Assembly: GCA_020184695.1 (NCBI GenBank)
Contig: JAANOX010000256.1
Location: 1-64,000 of the forward strand
Origin: Histomonas meleagridis 2922-C6/04-290x
Lineage: Eukaryota > Protista > Parabasalia
DNA length: 64,000 nt
Direction of reading: 5' to 3'
The first letter of the stretch is position 1. Each line of letters opens with the position of its first letter. The notes beneath the pieces were generated by a model. It was not told the origin of the DNA. It did not search any database and was given only the letters and a program-made list of their open reading frames with translations. Shown piece by piece: positions 23,653-35,981 of this stretch. The position numbers were made by a program, and so were the translations under genes.

Positions 23653-24253
23653 TTCTTATCAATAAAATTAAACCTAAATAAATATTTTTTTGTCTTATAA
23701 AAATTTATTACACAACCGAGCATAAAGAAGAGGAATTCAAACTGAGAAAAGAAACATATTTTGGTGAGTTTTTTGATTTCGATTAGATCACTATCATCAT
23801 GTGGATAAAAATATGCCTTTAAATCGGAAAAAATAATAACTTTTGCTCAATTGTTAATATAAAATAAAAAAATGAATTTAGAAATTTACATTTTTCATTT
23901 TTCAGAACAAAAAAATTTATCATTTATTCAAATTTAATCTCTTTTTGACATTTTCCAAAATAAAACAATTAAAAAATAATAAAATTAATTGACTTTAACA
24001 AATGAAATTATTTGATATTTTGAATATATTAATATTAAAAAGAGAAAAAAATATTATTAAATTGAATTAGATCGAATTTTATATAATTGAATTGAAGTAC
24101 CCCTCCTCAAGCAAAATATAATATATATTATTTCAGATTCATATCAATATTTATAAATACCTTCGTATAAACAATACTAGAATGTTAACATCACATTTCC
24201 AAGTAAATCTTTCAAAAAGTAAAAACAACCTTGCTTAACGATCAAATTAATCT

Positions 24254-27200
24254 ATGGACTTTCCGGACGAGCCTTTTACTTTAATACTTCAAAATTGTGA
24301 ATTAAAAAGCCAACAACCAAAGAGTGATCTCATAGATTTAATTACAGATATCCAATTTCCAAAAATTAAAAAAAATAAGATTTCCCGATTAAAACGGAAA
24401 TTCGATAAAAGCAATTGTATAGGAAAATGTATTCAAAAAATTGGGTTCCATTTTCCTTTTTTTCCAGAAATTCTTAAAGAAATCAGCGAAACAGAAATTG
24501 ATCAAACTAATGAGAATTGTATTTCATGTTTTTGTTTATACAGTTTTATTTCATGGTATTCTTATTTTGAAGCAACAGATGATCAAACGGATTTACTTTT
24601 AATGTTTAAAATACTATTAGATATTTCAGCATATTCATATAAAACCATTGCATTAGCTTCATTTAATTACGGATTTGCTCATATTCTTTCAACACAAGTA
24701 CATATTAAAAATGAACATATTCATCTTATCACACGTTATTTCAAAGAAAACCCAAAAATTGATGAATCTTCATCAGTTTTATTAATCCAAGTAATTCCAT
24801 ATTTAATAGATGATGATTTATGCGTTAATATCTTTAAATTAATCACATATATTTCACAAAATAAATCATCTTTTTTTACTCCTACCATAGCTGATGTTAT
24901 TATATCTTATTTAAAAGGTCCTATATTAGAATTTAACAAATATGCATTAAATTGTTTTGAGTGTGTATTTCCATACTCATCAAAAACCGATACGTCAATT
25001 TCAAAGGAGGTTCCTCAGAAAATATTTGAATTGATCTGTCAGGACCCCCCAATTGAGTGGCCTGAATTTAATTCACGTAAAAGTTTTCAAGTTAAACAAC
25101 TTGAGCATATTGATGCCACATATGATTTTTTAAAGACTGAGACATTTAAAAACGGCGTTAAATTTGATTATGAATCGCCTAAAGTTGAAATTTATGGGAA
25201 ATTATGTACAAACAAAATCCTTGGAATCATACTTAATATTATACATATTTTTAATGACAATGAATTATGTAATAAAGTATTTTTAGATTCATGTTTTAAG
25301 ACAGCATCAGAGAATGAAAACTCGAAACATTTAGGCTTATTTTTCTGTTATATTTTATTTCTTTGTAAAAAGTTCATCAATAAATTCCATGATTATTCCA
25401 TTGGTAAAATGTTATATACATCGATATTATTTAATCCTTTGATTACAATATTTAATAAAGATAATAACTTATCTATATATAGCTCAATGCGAAATCAAGC
25501 AATACAATGTATATTAGAAGAAGATTCCGAAGTATTTATCACATTCATCAAATATTTTTCTTCATATCCATTAATGATCTCTGAAATCTTTTCTAGGTTA
25601 CAAATGTGGATTGATAATAAACATATTTCATTATTATTAAACTCTCGAATTAATAGAGCTATTTCAGAATCGATGATGTATTATCGAACATTAAACTTAA
25701 ATCTTGATTATAATGTCGTATTAATCGAACAAACACGAGGTTATCAATTAAGTTATATTAAGAAATTATTAGAGAATCAAACAGCTTCAATTATATTATT
25801 TAATGATCGTAATTTTTTAGATTGTTTTTTCTTGTTAATATATGAACCAAAATTATATAATTTTGTATATGAAACAATACAAAGTTTTTTTAATAATAAT
25901 TCACCTAAAGATTGTGTATCAGCAATATCAAAGATTTCATCGATTATATTAACATCATCAAAATATTTCATTAAAGATGATCGACATTTTAAGCTAATAA
26001 TTAATATGATAACATTAATATCAACTTTAGAACATTCATATCCATTAATATCAGATGCATTATCAGCATTTCATATGATTATCTTTGATATATTAATGTC
26101 ATTAAGTGGTTATACTGAAAAAGCAATAAAATTATTACGTGAATTAACAAAATGTTTAATCCAAAGTAATGATGCAATTATATTAACAAATGATAATACT
26201 TCTTTATTAGTTAAATGTATTCAAGGACTATATAAAGATAATCCACCTAAAGCTATGTATGAATTATTATTACAATTATTAAGAGGAGATTCTACGTCAC
26301 CTCAAACGCCTGATTTCATTATGAAACAACCAAATTTATTACCAATGATATTTAAAGTATTTTATAAAACTCCTTTTTTAAATAATTTGTTTGAATTTGT
26401 TTCGAATTTATTAAATTTTTCTAAAACAAATTGTAAAAATTGTCATAAATATAAAGTTGATTTGTTTTTTATTGAAATGATTGAACAAATTAAAATAAAA
26501 AATGAAAAAGATCCACAAAAGATTAATCAATTTTTAAATTTATTTAAACAAATCGCTACAATTAAATCATCGCCATTTGTAGTAAAGAAATTTATTTCGT
26601 TATTAGCACCTGTAGAAGATAATAAAATATCAGAATATGAAATAAATTTTATTGATTCATTATATGAAATTATATCAGATGAATATTATAAATATAAATT
26701 GTCGTTGTTATTCGGTAACTTCGATATAATTGATTTAGATTTAATGACATCTTTAAAAGAAGGATTTTCAATTGTTTTTTGGATTTATCCTCATCGATTA
26801 TATAAAGATGATAAAATAATGATATTTAAACTTACTTCTACTGATTTAAACATGTCGTTATATATTAAAAATGATAAATTAGTATTAATTAATGAGAAAT
26901 CAATGTTAAATCCAACATTTTCTTTGTTACAAGATGTATGGCAATTAATTTCATTAACATTTGAAAATAGTCAAACAAATACATTTGTATCTATAAAAGT
27001 TAATGGAGAAGAAGAAAACAAATTTTCGATAACTAAATTTACATATAAAACTAATCGTTATTTCTTATCGATAGGTTCTACTACAAAGCCTAAAATAGCA
27101 CAAGTTGAACTTGGTCAATTTTGGTTTACTAAGATATTAACTAATGAAAACTTAATACGAATTATACATTCTAAGCCATGTTTTGATGATTGTAGTGATA

Positions 27201-30200
27201 TTCGTACATGTGTAACATTAATACCTAAAGACACACGAATTAATGTTGAACATGAATCATTTGTTAATTCATTAGTTAAAATTTGGAAATTAGATTTAAT
27301 ATTACCAATTTTAGTATTAAAAGATAATAATAAAATTTGGGATTATTCGACAATATTAATATCATTATTAATAAAATTATTATCTTATAATGAAGAAGCT
27401 CAAGAAGAATTTGTTGATTCGAAACATATATCAATAATTTCATATTTATTAACGACTTATGAAAGTGATAAATTAAATTATAAATTATATTTACAATTTT
27501 TCTCATTTTTCCAATTAATGACTTCAAAAAGATTACAAGAACAAATTCTATTATTCATATTAATTAATCCAGATATATGGATAACATCGAATGATCAATT
27601 ACAAATAATTCAACATTGGGCTAATGTATTATTTCCTTATTATATCTCATCATTTAATTTATTTAATTTTTCATATTTTTTAAATTTGATTTTTATATAT
27701 TATTGGAATGAAAATAATCAAATTATTATAAATAATAAATCAATTAATAATTATTTTGAGAAAATTTTATTAGATTTATCATTAAATTCATTTGAAAAAG
27801 AAGATTATTTATTATTAATTTCACAATCGATTTTAACAAATAATTTATTACAAAGTGAATTTTGTATAAAATTATTAAAAAAGATTTTCATTAATAATGA
27901 AAATGTTAAAATATTACAATCACAAGATATTTATTTATTATATAACTTAGTTAAATTAAATAACAATGAAATTTTAATTGATATAATTGATATAATTATT
28001 CATTCGAATAAATTAAAAATTATTAATAATAATTTGTTATTAGTATATTTAAATATTATTATGAATAATGTACAACCTAAAATATTAAAAAATACATTTT
28101 TCATACATATAAATGAATTAATGAAAGAAGGAATTCCCGAATTGTTAAATTTTAATTGTTTTTTTTGTATATATTATCCGGAATATATAATTCAATTAAA
28201 TGAATCATTAAAAGATTCAAAGTTTTCATATAATATTAATGAGTTTTGGTATACATATTTAGTAATATTAATATTATCTTGTAAAAATATATTACAACAA
28301 ACGAATTTATTATTGTTTTTATTAAAAGAAGTTAATGATAAATGGGTAAAATTGTTTAATTTCTTTGAATCGATTGGAGAATTAATTGATTATAATCCTG
28401 AACATGTACAAAGTTGTATATTAATAGAAATCTCAATTAAATTAAAAGAAGATCAACAATTTTATGATAATAATATTAAATCATTTATTAATATATGTAT
28501 TAATTTCATCTTAAAACGTAAAAGTTATCAATTAAATATTTGTTTAATATCTGCATTTAATAATTCTCCTTTTGATGTTAATTATCCTTTACCTAAAGCT
28601 AATGAATTTAATTATAATTTATTCGTTGAAAATAAATTCTTTGAGAAAATATTAAACACGAAAATTAAAAATATTCATTATAAATTTGGTATTAGAATAT
28701 CAAATAAAGGTGAATGGTTAGATCAAAAACAAGCGCATATATGTGCAATGATGATAATTAATGGGAAACTTGAAGAATATTATGATTATGTAATTATATT
28801 ATGTTCATTATTAATGCATTTTGATAAATCTTATCAACAAATCTTTCAAAAGTTATATAAAAAAATATTAAAAAATTCTTCAACAAAATCATTTTATTAT
28901 TTATATCATATTTATAACTCAATTGATAATGAAATTGTTAATACACATAATAAATTATGGAGAGAAATTAAGAAATTTATAAAAATAGAATATTTTGATA
29001 TAATATATAAATTAAATAAAATTAATCAAAATTGGAAAACAATTTCAAATGTACAAAAATTACGTAAAAATATTTTACAAAGTAAATCTAATTCTCGACA
29101 TTTATGGAATAATTTAATTTATGGACTTTCTTTAGATAAAGGTCCTTGGCAACCAGTAATATCACATAATAAGAACATCGTATTAAGTCGTGATAATATA
29201 TTTTGCACCAACTTTTGTCCATTTAAAATTAAACATTATAAACCTAAAACTAATAATAATAATATTAATGAAGAAAATGATGAAAAAATACAAATTAATA
29301 ATAATAGTAATAATGAAAAACGTACTATGGATTCATCAATCATTTGTTCAAATATACAATTATATAAATCAGGTAAAACTTATGATTGTATATTTATTTT
29401 ATATAAGAAATTCATCGAATTATATAAACATGATAATAAAATCATTAAAATATTCATCAATTCAATACGTCATATATTTTTACGTACTCGTTTACATAAA
29501 CTTACAGCAATTGAATTATTTTTAATTGATGGTAAATCATATTTCATTAACTTTAAAGATATAAATCCACAAATTGTTATTCAAAAGTTAGCGAACTTAT
29601 GTCAAAAGACAGTTTTATCTATACAACAAAACACATTTTCAAGTTATTTCCAAAATTTACCACATAAAGATAATTGGATACAAGGGAAAATATCGAATTT
29701 CGAATATTTAATGATCTTAAACATAATGAGTGGACGAAGTTTCCAAGATTTAAGTCAATATCCAATTTTCCCATGGGTAATAACTGATTATAATTCGGAT
29801 CAATTAGATTTGACTAATCCCAAAATTTATCGAGATTTAACTAAACCTATTGGAAGTATTAATGATGAAATATTAACACAATTAAAATCAACTTCAATAA
29901 ATTCGATATTATATCATTCAGGACCAATGAATATATTTACTGTTCATAAAATCCTTTCAAGAATCGAACCATTTAAATCACAAATATTAAAACTAAATAA
30001 CTCAAATGATATTAATAATACATTTAATTCTATTTCGGACTTATATGAATTAACTGTTAATAATATATCATCACAATTTTGTGAGTTGATTCCTGAGTTC
30101 TTTTTTATGCCGGAGTTTTTAACCGGATTTAAATTATATAATTATGAAATCTCTGATGTGATATTACCAAAATGGTCTAAGTCACCAATTGATTTTATAT

Positions 30201-31390
30201 ATTTACATCGGAAAGCTTTGGAATCGGATTATATCTCACAGAACTTAAATCATTGGATCGATTTAATCTTTGGGTATCAACAACGTGGGAAAGAATCAAT
30301 CATCGCTAATAATACATATCCGACATATTTTTATGATACGAATACACAAAATAATAATGAAAATTTAACGACATTAGAATATATAGGGCAAATGCCACCA
30401 CAAATGTTTAAGACACCACATCCACAACGAAATATATTAAAGAATGAAACAAAAGTTAAAAATGATTTTAATCTTTCGTTAAATATTAACTCCGAAATTT
30501 TATATGTTTTATGTGAAAATAATTTTCGGACTAAAGTTACATTATATATCATAACTAAAAACTCCGAAATTATTCCCAAAATAATTGATTTTAGTGATGA
30601 CCAAAATTATATTATCACTGATAAATCGACGCGTAAATTAAACATTGATTTAACTAATATGAAATTTAATTCTAATTCGAGTTCGAATCATTTAATTATT
30701 ATATATAATCAAAATAAAGCATATAAAATGAACACAATAAAAAATAAAGTGAAAGAAATTGAATTTAATCATCCGCAATTAATTAATGGAAATATTTCCG
30801 GAGATTATATCTCATTAACTGGTAATGATATGTCAACTTCGATCTATTTAATGAACATGTTAAAAAAGCCTTGTTTCCAATTACATTCTTATTTCGATGT
30901 TACTAACAGTTGTTGTCTTTCATGTAATTTTAAAGTTTTCATTAATGGTACTAAAGATGGAGTTTTAATTATAAGTTCAATAACAAATGGTGAAACTATA
31001 AAAGTAATTGAACTTGACGGAGGTATAGCTGAGAAAATATTAATTACGAATTCGTGGGGTTTCATTGTGACTTTTGTAAAGAAAAAAGGTTTAAACTTTG
31101 TATACGTGTATAATATTAATGGAATAGAAATTATTAAAAATAAAATAGAATTCGAACCGAATAAAATTGTAACTTGGACTTCCGAAAAAGGTTTCGATTA
31201 CATAGGATGCACTGTAAAGGATAATAATAACGCTTTGTACGCGTTCGAGGCTTATTACGCTGAGCCTGTTTTGGTAAAAAAAGAAATCGGTAACGTGGAA
31301 CCTGTGATGCTGGAATATCTAAGAGAAAGTGGTGGCTTCTTGATAGTCAAAGAAGACGGAACGGTACTCTTTGTTCGGTATGAAACTTAA
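24254..31390 (+). CDS. Beige/BEACH-domain protein (helical region, ConA/LamG-like segment, PH-BEACH, degenerate WD40)
   Basis: W..GKISNFEYLMILNIMSGRSFQDLSQYPIFPWV, RDLTKPIG, ELIPEFF, VILPKW, HRKALES, WIDLIFGYQQRG. Confidence 0.93.
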   Translation: MDFPDEPFTLILQNCELKSQQPKSDLIDLITDIQFPKIKKNKISRLKRKFDKSNCIGKCIQKIGFHFPFFPEILKEISETEIDQTNENCISCFCLYSFISWYSYFEATDDQTDLLLMFKILLDISAYSYKTIALASFNYGFAHILSTQVHIKNEHIHLITRYFKENPKIDESSSVLLIQVIPYLIDDDLCVNIFKLITYISQNKSSFFTPTIADVIISYLKGPILEFNKYALNCFECVFPYSSKTDTSISKEVPQKIFELICQDPPIEWPEFNSRKSFQVKQLEHIDATYDFLKTETFKNGVKFDYESPKVEIYGKLCTNKILGIILNIIHIFNDNELCNKVFLDSCFKTASENENSKHLGLFFCYILFLCKKFINKFHDYSIGKMLYTSILFNPLITIFNKDNNLSIYSSMRNQAIQCILEEDSEVFITFIKYFSSYPLMISEIFSRLQMWIDNKHISLLLNSRINRAISESMMYYRTLNLNLDYNVVLIEQTRGYQLSYIKKLLENQTASIILFNDRNFLDCFFLLIYEPKLYNFVYETIQSFFNNNSPKDCVSAISKISSIILTSSKYFIKDDRHFKLIINMITLISTLEHSYPLISDALSAFHMIIFDILMSLSGYTEKAIKLLRELTKCLIQSNDAIILTNDNTSLLVKCIQGLYKDNPPKAMYELLLQLLRGDSTSPQTPDFIMKQPNLLPMIFKVFYKTPFLNNLFEFVSNLLNFSKTNCKNCHKYKVDLFFIEMIEQIKIKNEKDPQKINQFLNLFKQIATIKSSPFVVKKFISLLAPVEDNKISEYEINFIDSLYEIISDEYYKYKLSLLFGNFDIIDLDLMTSLKEGFSIVFWIYPHRLYKDDKIMIFKLTSTDLNMSLYIKNDKLVLINEKSMLNPTFSLLQDVWQLISLTFENSQTNTFVSIKVNGEEENKFSITKFTYKTNRYFLSIGSTTKPKIAQVELGQFWFTKILTNENLIRIIHSKPCFDDCSDIRTCVTLIPKDTRINVEHESFVNSLVKIWKLDLILPILVLKDNNKIWDYSTILISLLIKLLSYNEEAQEEFVDSKHISIISYLLTTYESDKLNYKLYLQFFSFFQLMTSKRLQEQILLFILINPDIWITSNDQLQIIQHWANVLFPYYISSFNLFNFSYFLNLIFIYYWNENNQIIINNKSINNYFEKILLDLSLNSFEKEDYLLLISQSILTNNLLQSEFCIKLLKKIFINNENVKILQSQDIYLLYNLVKLNNNEILIDIIDIIIHSNKLKIINNNLLLVYLNIIMNNVQPKILKNTFFIHINELMKEGIPELLNFNCFFCIYYPEYIIQLNESLKDSKFSYNINEFWYTYLVILILSCKNILQQTNLLLFLLKEVNDKWVKLFNFFESIGELIDYNPEHVQSCILIEISIKLKEDQQFYDNNIKSFINICINFILKRKSYQLNICLISAFNNSPFDVNYPLPKANEFNYNLFVENKFFEKILNTKIKNIHYKFGIRISNKGEWLDQKQAHICAMMIINGKLEEYYDYVIILCSLLMHFDKSYQQIFQKLYKKILKNSSTKSFYYLYHIYNSIDNEIVNTHNKLWREIKKFIKIEYFDIIYKLNKINQNWKTISNVQKLRKNILQSKSNSRHLWNNLIYGLSLDKGPWQPVISHNKNIVLSRDNIFCTNFCPFKIKHYKPKTNNNNINEENDEKIQINNNSNNEKRTMDSSIICSNIQLYKSGKTYDCIFILYKKFIELYKHDNKIIKIFINSIRHIFLRTRLHKLTAIELFLIDGKSYFINFKDINPQIVIQKLANLCQKTVLSIQQNTFSSYFQNLPHKDNWIQGKISNFEYLMILNIMSGRSFQDLSQYPIFPWVITDYNSDQLDLTNPKIYRDLTKPIGSINDEILTQLKSTSINSILYHSGPMNIFTVHKILSRIEPFKSQILKLNNSNDINNTFNSISDLYELTVNNISSQFCELIPEFFFMPEFLTGFKLYNYEISDVILPKWSKSPIDFIYLHRKALESDYISQNLNHWIDLIFGYQQRGKESIIANNTYPTYFYDTNTQNNNENLTTLEYIGQMPPQMFKTPHPQRNILKNETKVKNDFNLSLNINSEILYVLCENNFRTKVTLYIITKNSEIIPKIIDFSDDQNYIITDKSTRKLNIDLTNMKFNSNSSSNHLIIIYNQNKAYKMNTIKNKVKEIEFNHPQLINGNISGDYISLTGNDMSTSIYLMNMLKKPCFQLHSYFDVTNSCCLSCNFKVFINGTKDGVLIISSITNGETIKVIELDGGIAEKILITNSWGFIVTFVKKKGLNFVYVYNINGIEIIKNKIEFEPNKIVTWTSEKGFDYIGCTVKDNNNALYAFEAYYAEPVLVKKEIGNVEPVMLEYLRESGGFLIVKEDGTVLFVRYET

Positions 31391-31928
31391 ATTAATAAAT
31401 TGTTAATTATTGTTAATATTTTTCATTTTTGTTGGAATTAAATCAACAGATTGACTTAATGAAAATCTGGCTAAAAAAAACAAATAATTAATAATAGCAC
31501 ATTTTGGAAATAGGATCTTGTAGATTACTTTAACATCAACAATTTAAACTTATTTATAATTTGTAGAAAATTGTGCAAAAAATTACCCAAAATACTAAAT
31601 TGGATTATAAAATTATATCTTTTTTTTATTGAAGATCTGTTCTCAACTATTCATTTGATGAATACCACATATTCTTGATGTGATTTCCCCATTTTGCAAA
31701 AAGTTTTTATAACAGGAAAATCCACTTTTTTAAAGCATACTTTCAGGTGCAATAAAAACCTCTGAATTCAGAGGTCCGATGACTGTTAAAAACGTTATTT
31801 ACCCTCAAATTCTTTTTACGTTACAGAAAAGCAGTTATATTGAATAGTTTATTTATCATACGCGTATGAGCTCATAAATTCAATGTATAGCCGAACGGTC
31901 AGAATTTTGGCTCCTGATTTATAAATTG

Positions 31929-34900
31929 ATGCTTTTTCACCTCCTTTTTATATCATCAATATATCCTTGGATTGTCCACTGTGATGAAACACTTGAGATT
32001 AAAAATGTAGAGGTTATCAGCCAAGATAATTATTCTTCATACAAAGGGACAGTCAAATATCTTGTTATTGGAGATGGTGTTTATACAATAGAAAAAAGTG
32101 CATTTTCTAAATGGCCTATATTAAATAAAATTACAATTGGTGATTCACTTATTGAAATCAAAAATAATGCTTTTTCTTATTGCTCTTCTTTAGAAGCTGT
32201 TATATTTTCTAATGGCAAAAATCTAACAACTATTGGCAATGATGTATTTATTTTTTGTAATAATCTTTCAGAGATTATTCTTCCAGAAAATTTAACAAAT
32301 CTTGGATGTTGTGTTTTTTATGGGTGTTCTAACTTGAAGACTGCTTTTATTGGTAGTGGTGTTCAAAGCATTGAATCGACTCTTTTTTTTCATTGTACAT
32401 CTTTAAAATCAGTAACAATTAATTGCAAACCATTAACAATTGGCCAAGGTGCATTTAACGGCTGCAATTCTTTGGAGAATATTACTATTCCAGACACTGT
32501 TCAAACCATTCAACCAAATGCATTTTATAAATGCTGGAAATTAGCCAATGTCATTTTTAACGAAAGTTGTTTAACTTCCATTGAATCTAATGCTTTTTAT
32601 CACTGTTATGCATTAACCCGTTTTTATTTCCCAGATTCCATAAAATACATTGGTTCTTCATCATTTTATGAATGTTCTTTGGAAACAATTACATTTGGAC
32701 GTAATTTAACAGCAATTTTTTCGAAAGCGTTTTATTATTGCGATAATTTATTTAACATTACTTTTCCAGAAGGACTTAAAACAATTGATGTTTCTGCTTT
32801 TTTATATTGTACAAAACTTACTGATATTAAACTTCCTAATTCATTAACTAAATTAGGTGAATATGCATTTTGTAAATGTTATAATCTGCAAACATTTGAT
32901 ACAGGAGATGGACTAACAAAAATAGAAAGAGAAGCATTTTCATATGCAAAATATGTTATACTTGGTAAAGGAATAACAACTATTGCATCCCACGCATTAC
33001 AATCTTATAGCGCTTACACAATTGAACTTAGAGGTAATGTGACAAAGATAGAATCATATGCATTTGCTCAATGTTCAATGTTAAAATCTATTTCATTAGA
33101 ACATATTGTTCATATTTCTGATTTTGCATTTTCGGGATGTTCTGGATTACGAACAATTACATTTGGAAATAATTTAACATATATTGGTCATTATTCATTT
33201 CAGTTTTGTGAATCATTAGAATCAATTAATTTAAGTACATTAACATCAATTACAAGTTATGCTTTTTATTATTGCGAATCATTAAAAACAGTTATATTTA
33301 ATGATAACTTAACTGAGATTAAATCAGACGCATTTTATAAATGTTATAATTTAACAAATGTTAAGTTCCCTGAATCACTTATAACAATTGGTTCATATGC
33401 TTTTTGTTCTTGTTATTGTATATATGAAATATGTATACCTAAAAACGTTAATTATATTAGATATAATGCATTCTTTGATATGAAAAATTTACGTAAAGTT
33501 GAATTTATTTCAAGCCCACTTGAAATTGGTTCATCAGTATTCGAATCTTGTACAAGTTTGACTTCAATTGATTGGCCGAATTTATCATGTATTCCATTGG
33601 ATGCATTTTGTCAGTGTTCTTCTTTAACATATATAAATATTCCAAATTCTGTTACTACAATTTTTTCAGGTGCATTTAGATACTGTAGAAGTTTAAATAA
33701 TTTTACATTTCCTAACAATATTTCAGCTATAGGTTCCAAAGCATTTGAAAGTTGTCGTCAATTAAAAGAATTTATATTTCCGAAATCACTTACAGAAATC
33801 GGTCCAAATGCATTTCGATATTGTCATAATGTAAATGAGTTATTAATACCTATTAATGTAATTTCTATAGGTGAAGGTGCATTTAGTTCAATGAATAACT
33901 TAACGAAAATTAATATTACTTCGAAAATGAATTGTTCATTAGGAAAAGAATTGTTTTATAATGATCAAAAGTTACAAATTGTTATATTACCAAATTCTAC
34001 ATATATTCCATCAAATGCATTTGAATTATGTACTTCATTAATTAATATAAATATACCAATTCCAATAACTGAAATTTGTTCATATGCATTTTATAATTGT
34101 ACAAATTTAACAAATATTAATTTACCTGAAACACTTTTAACGATAAGTAATAATGTATTTGAAGGTTGTTATAACATAAAAGAAATTATTTTACCAAATT
34201 CACTTTTAAATATAAGTAATAATGCATTTAAAGGATGTAAAAACTTAGAAAAAATTATTTTACCTGAATCACTTGAATCAATTGGTTCATATATATTTAA
34301 TTCATGTGATAAAATCAATGAGATAACAATTCCTAATAAAGTTAATTTTGTAGCAAATGAAACATTTAAATCAATGGAACATTTAATTAAAGTTATTTTT
34401 ACTTCAAAAGAAATTTCTACTTTTGGTAAAGAAGTATTTCAGAATTGTATTAACTTACAAACAGTTATATTACCAAATATAAGTTATATTCCAAGAGATA
34501 CATTTTATAATTGTTCTTCATTAACAAATATAACTATTCCAAGTTTAGTAAGTTATATTGATCGATATTCGTTTGGAATTTGTAATAAGTTAACAAATAT
34601 TACTTTCTCTGAAGGACTTGAATCAATATATATTTATGGATTTTATAAATGTCCTTTAATTGAAACATTAATATTTCCGAATTCACTTAAATCTTTAAGT
34701 AAATATTCATTTTATTCATGTCTAAAAATTAAAACGTTACAAATTGGAGATAATTTAATTGAAATTGATAAAAATTCATTTGATTCTGATGCAAATATCG
34801 AAAAACTTACAATTGGAAAAAGTATATTAAATATTAGCACAAATATTTTTTATAAATTATTTAATGATGTAAATTATCTTGTAGTAAATACAACAGAAAT

Positions 34901-35981
34901 ACCTTCGAAACAATTTTATCAATATAATAAATTAGAAACAGTTATATTAACAAATTTAGTTTCACGTATTAATTCTTATGCATTTTATGAATGTAAAGAT
35001 TTACAAACTATTAAATTTGGTAATAACTTATCATACATCGGAAAAAGTTCATTTTGTAATGTAAAGATATCTAAATTAGAAATACCAAAACAAATTTCTA
35101 ATAATATAATTCAAATTGGTCAAAATGCATTTAGTAGATGTCGATATATACTCAATCTTACATTACCAAATTTACCATATGATTTAAGTTCTGGTATTTT
35201 TCAACTATGTACTTACATGACATATGTTACATTACCTAATTCGATTTATCAAATTCCGGATAAAATGTTTTATGATTGTATTAATTTAGAAGATGTTAAA
35301 TTCGGTAATAACATAACAGAAATTGGTGAAAATGCATTTGCTGAATGTAATTTTAAGAGTTTAATAATTCCGGATACTGTTAAAGTATTTGGGAAATATG
35401 TATTTTTTAAATGTATATCACTTAAAAGGATTAAATTTGGTAAAGGAATTAATGTCATTTCTGAACACGCATTTTCTGAATGTAGAAAAATTATTGAACT
35501 TAATTTCCCTGATAACATTATAACTATTGATGATTCTGCTTTTTTTTCGTGTGAAAATATTTTGACGATTAACTTAAGTAAAAACATTAAAAATATTAAC
35601 AGTAACGCATTTTATTTATGCATATCGTTAAATTGTATATATTTTTATGGAGAAAATGAACCAAATTATATCGCTGATAACGCATTCTTAGGTATTGAAA
35701 CTAAAAGAGTTTTCGTACCTAAGTCATACACTGGTAAAAAATTCGGAGCTCTGTCAGTGAAAAAAGGGTTTGAAGAATGCGATGAAGATACTCCTGCTGA
35801 GAATTCAAACACAACTTTAATTGTAATTATTACTGTGTTTTCGATTGTGGTTGTGATAGTAATTGTGGTAATTGTTATTGTGGTTGTGAGAATTAATAAA
35901 AATAGAAAAGCTAAATGGTTTGATGAGAAACTAAAGAACGTTTTGATCGATAATGATGAATATCAATTTGAAGATTTATAA
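31929..35981 (+). CDS. Large BspA-like TpLRR surface protein (~1350 aa)
   Basis: Signal peptide, dozens of TpLRR repeats (xxLPxxLxxIGxxAFxxCxxL), C-terminal TM helix and short acidic tail. Confidence 0.95.
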   Translation: MLFHLLFISSIYPWIVHCDETLEIKNVEVISQDNYSSYKGTVKYLVIGDGVYTIEKSAFSKWPILNKITIGDSLIEIKNNAFSYCSSLEAVIFSNGKNLTTIGNDVFIFCNNLSEIILPENLTNLGCCVFYGCSNLKTAFIGSGVQSIESTLFFHCTSLKSVTINCKPLTIGQGAFNGCNSLENITIPDTVQTIQPNAFYKCWKLANVIFNESCLTSIESNAFYHCYALTRFYFPDSIKYIGSSSFYECSLETITFGRNLTAIFSKAFYYCDNLFNITFPEGLKTIDVSAFLYCTKLTDIKLPNSLTKLGEYAFCKCYNLQTFDTGDGLTKIEREAFSYAKYVILGKGITTIASHALQSYSAYTIELRGNVTKIESYAFAQCSMLKSISLEHIVHISDFAFSGCSGLRTITFGNNLTYIGHYSFQFCESLESINLSTLTSITSYAFYYCESLKTVIFNDNLTEIKSDAFYKCYNLTNVKFPESLITIGSYAFCSCYCIYEICIPKNVNYIRYNAFFDMKNLRKVEFISSPLEIGSSVFESCTSLTSIDWPNLSCIPLDAFCQCSSLTYINIPNSVTTIFSGAFRYCRSLNNFTFPNNISAIGSKAFESCRQLKEFIFPKSLTEIGPNAFRYCHNVNELLIPINVISIGEGAFSSMNNLTKINITSKMNCSLGKELFYNDQKLQIVILPNSTYIPSNAFELCTSLININIPIPITEICSYAFYNCTNLTNINLPETLLTISNNVFEGCYNIKEIILPNSLLNISNNAFKGCKNLEKIILPESLESIGSYIFNSCDKINEITIPNKVNFVANETFKSMEHLIKVIFTSKEISTFGKEVFQNCINLQTVILPNISYIPRDTFYNCSSLTNITIPSLVSYIDRYSFGICNKLTNITFSEGLESIYIYGFYKCPLIETLIFPNSLKSLSKYSFYSCLKIKTLQIGDNLIEIDKNSFDSDANIEKLTIGKSILNISTNIFYKLFNDVNYLVVNTTEIPSKQFYQYNKLETVILTNLVSRINSYAFYECKDLQTIKFGNNLSYIGKSSFCNVKISKLEIPKQISNNIIQIGQNAFSRCRYILNLTLPNLPYDLSSGIFQLCTYMTYVTLPNSIYQIPDKMFYDCINLEDVKFGNNITEIGENAFAECNFKSLIIPDTVKVFGKYVFFKCISLKRIKFGKGINVISEHAFSECRKIIELNFPDNIITIDDSAFFSCENILTINLSKNIKNINSNAFYLCISLNCIYFYGENEPNYIADNAFLGIETKRVFVPKSYTGKKFGALSVKKGFEECDEDTPAENSNTTLIVIITVFSIVVVIVIVVIVIVVVRINKNRKAKWFDEKLKNVLIDNDEYQFEDL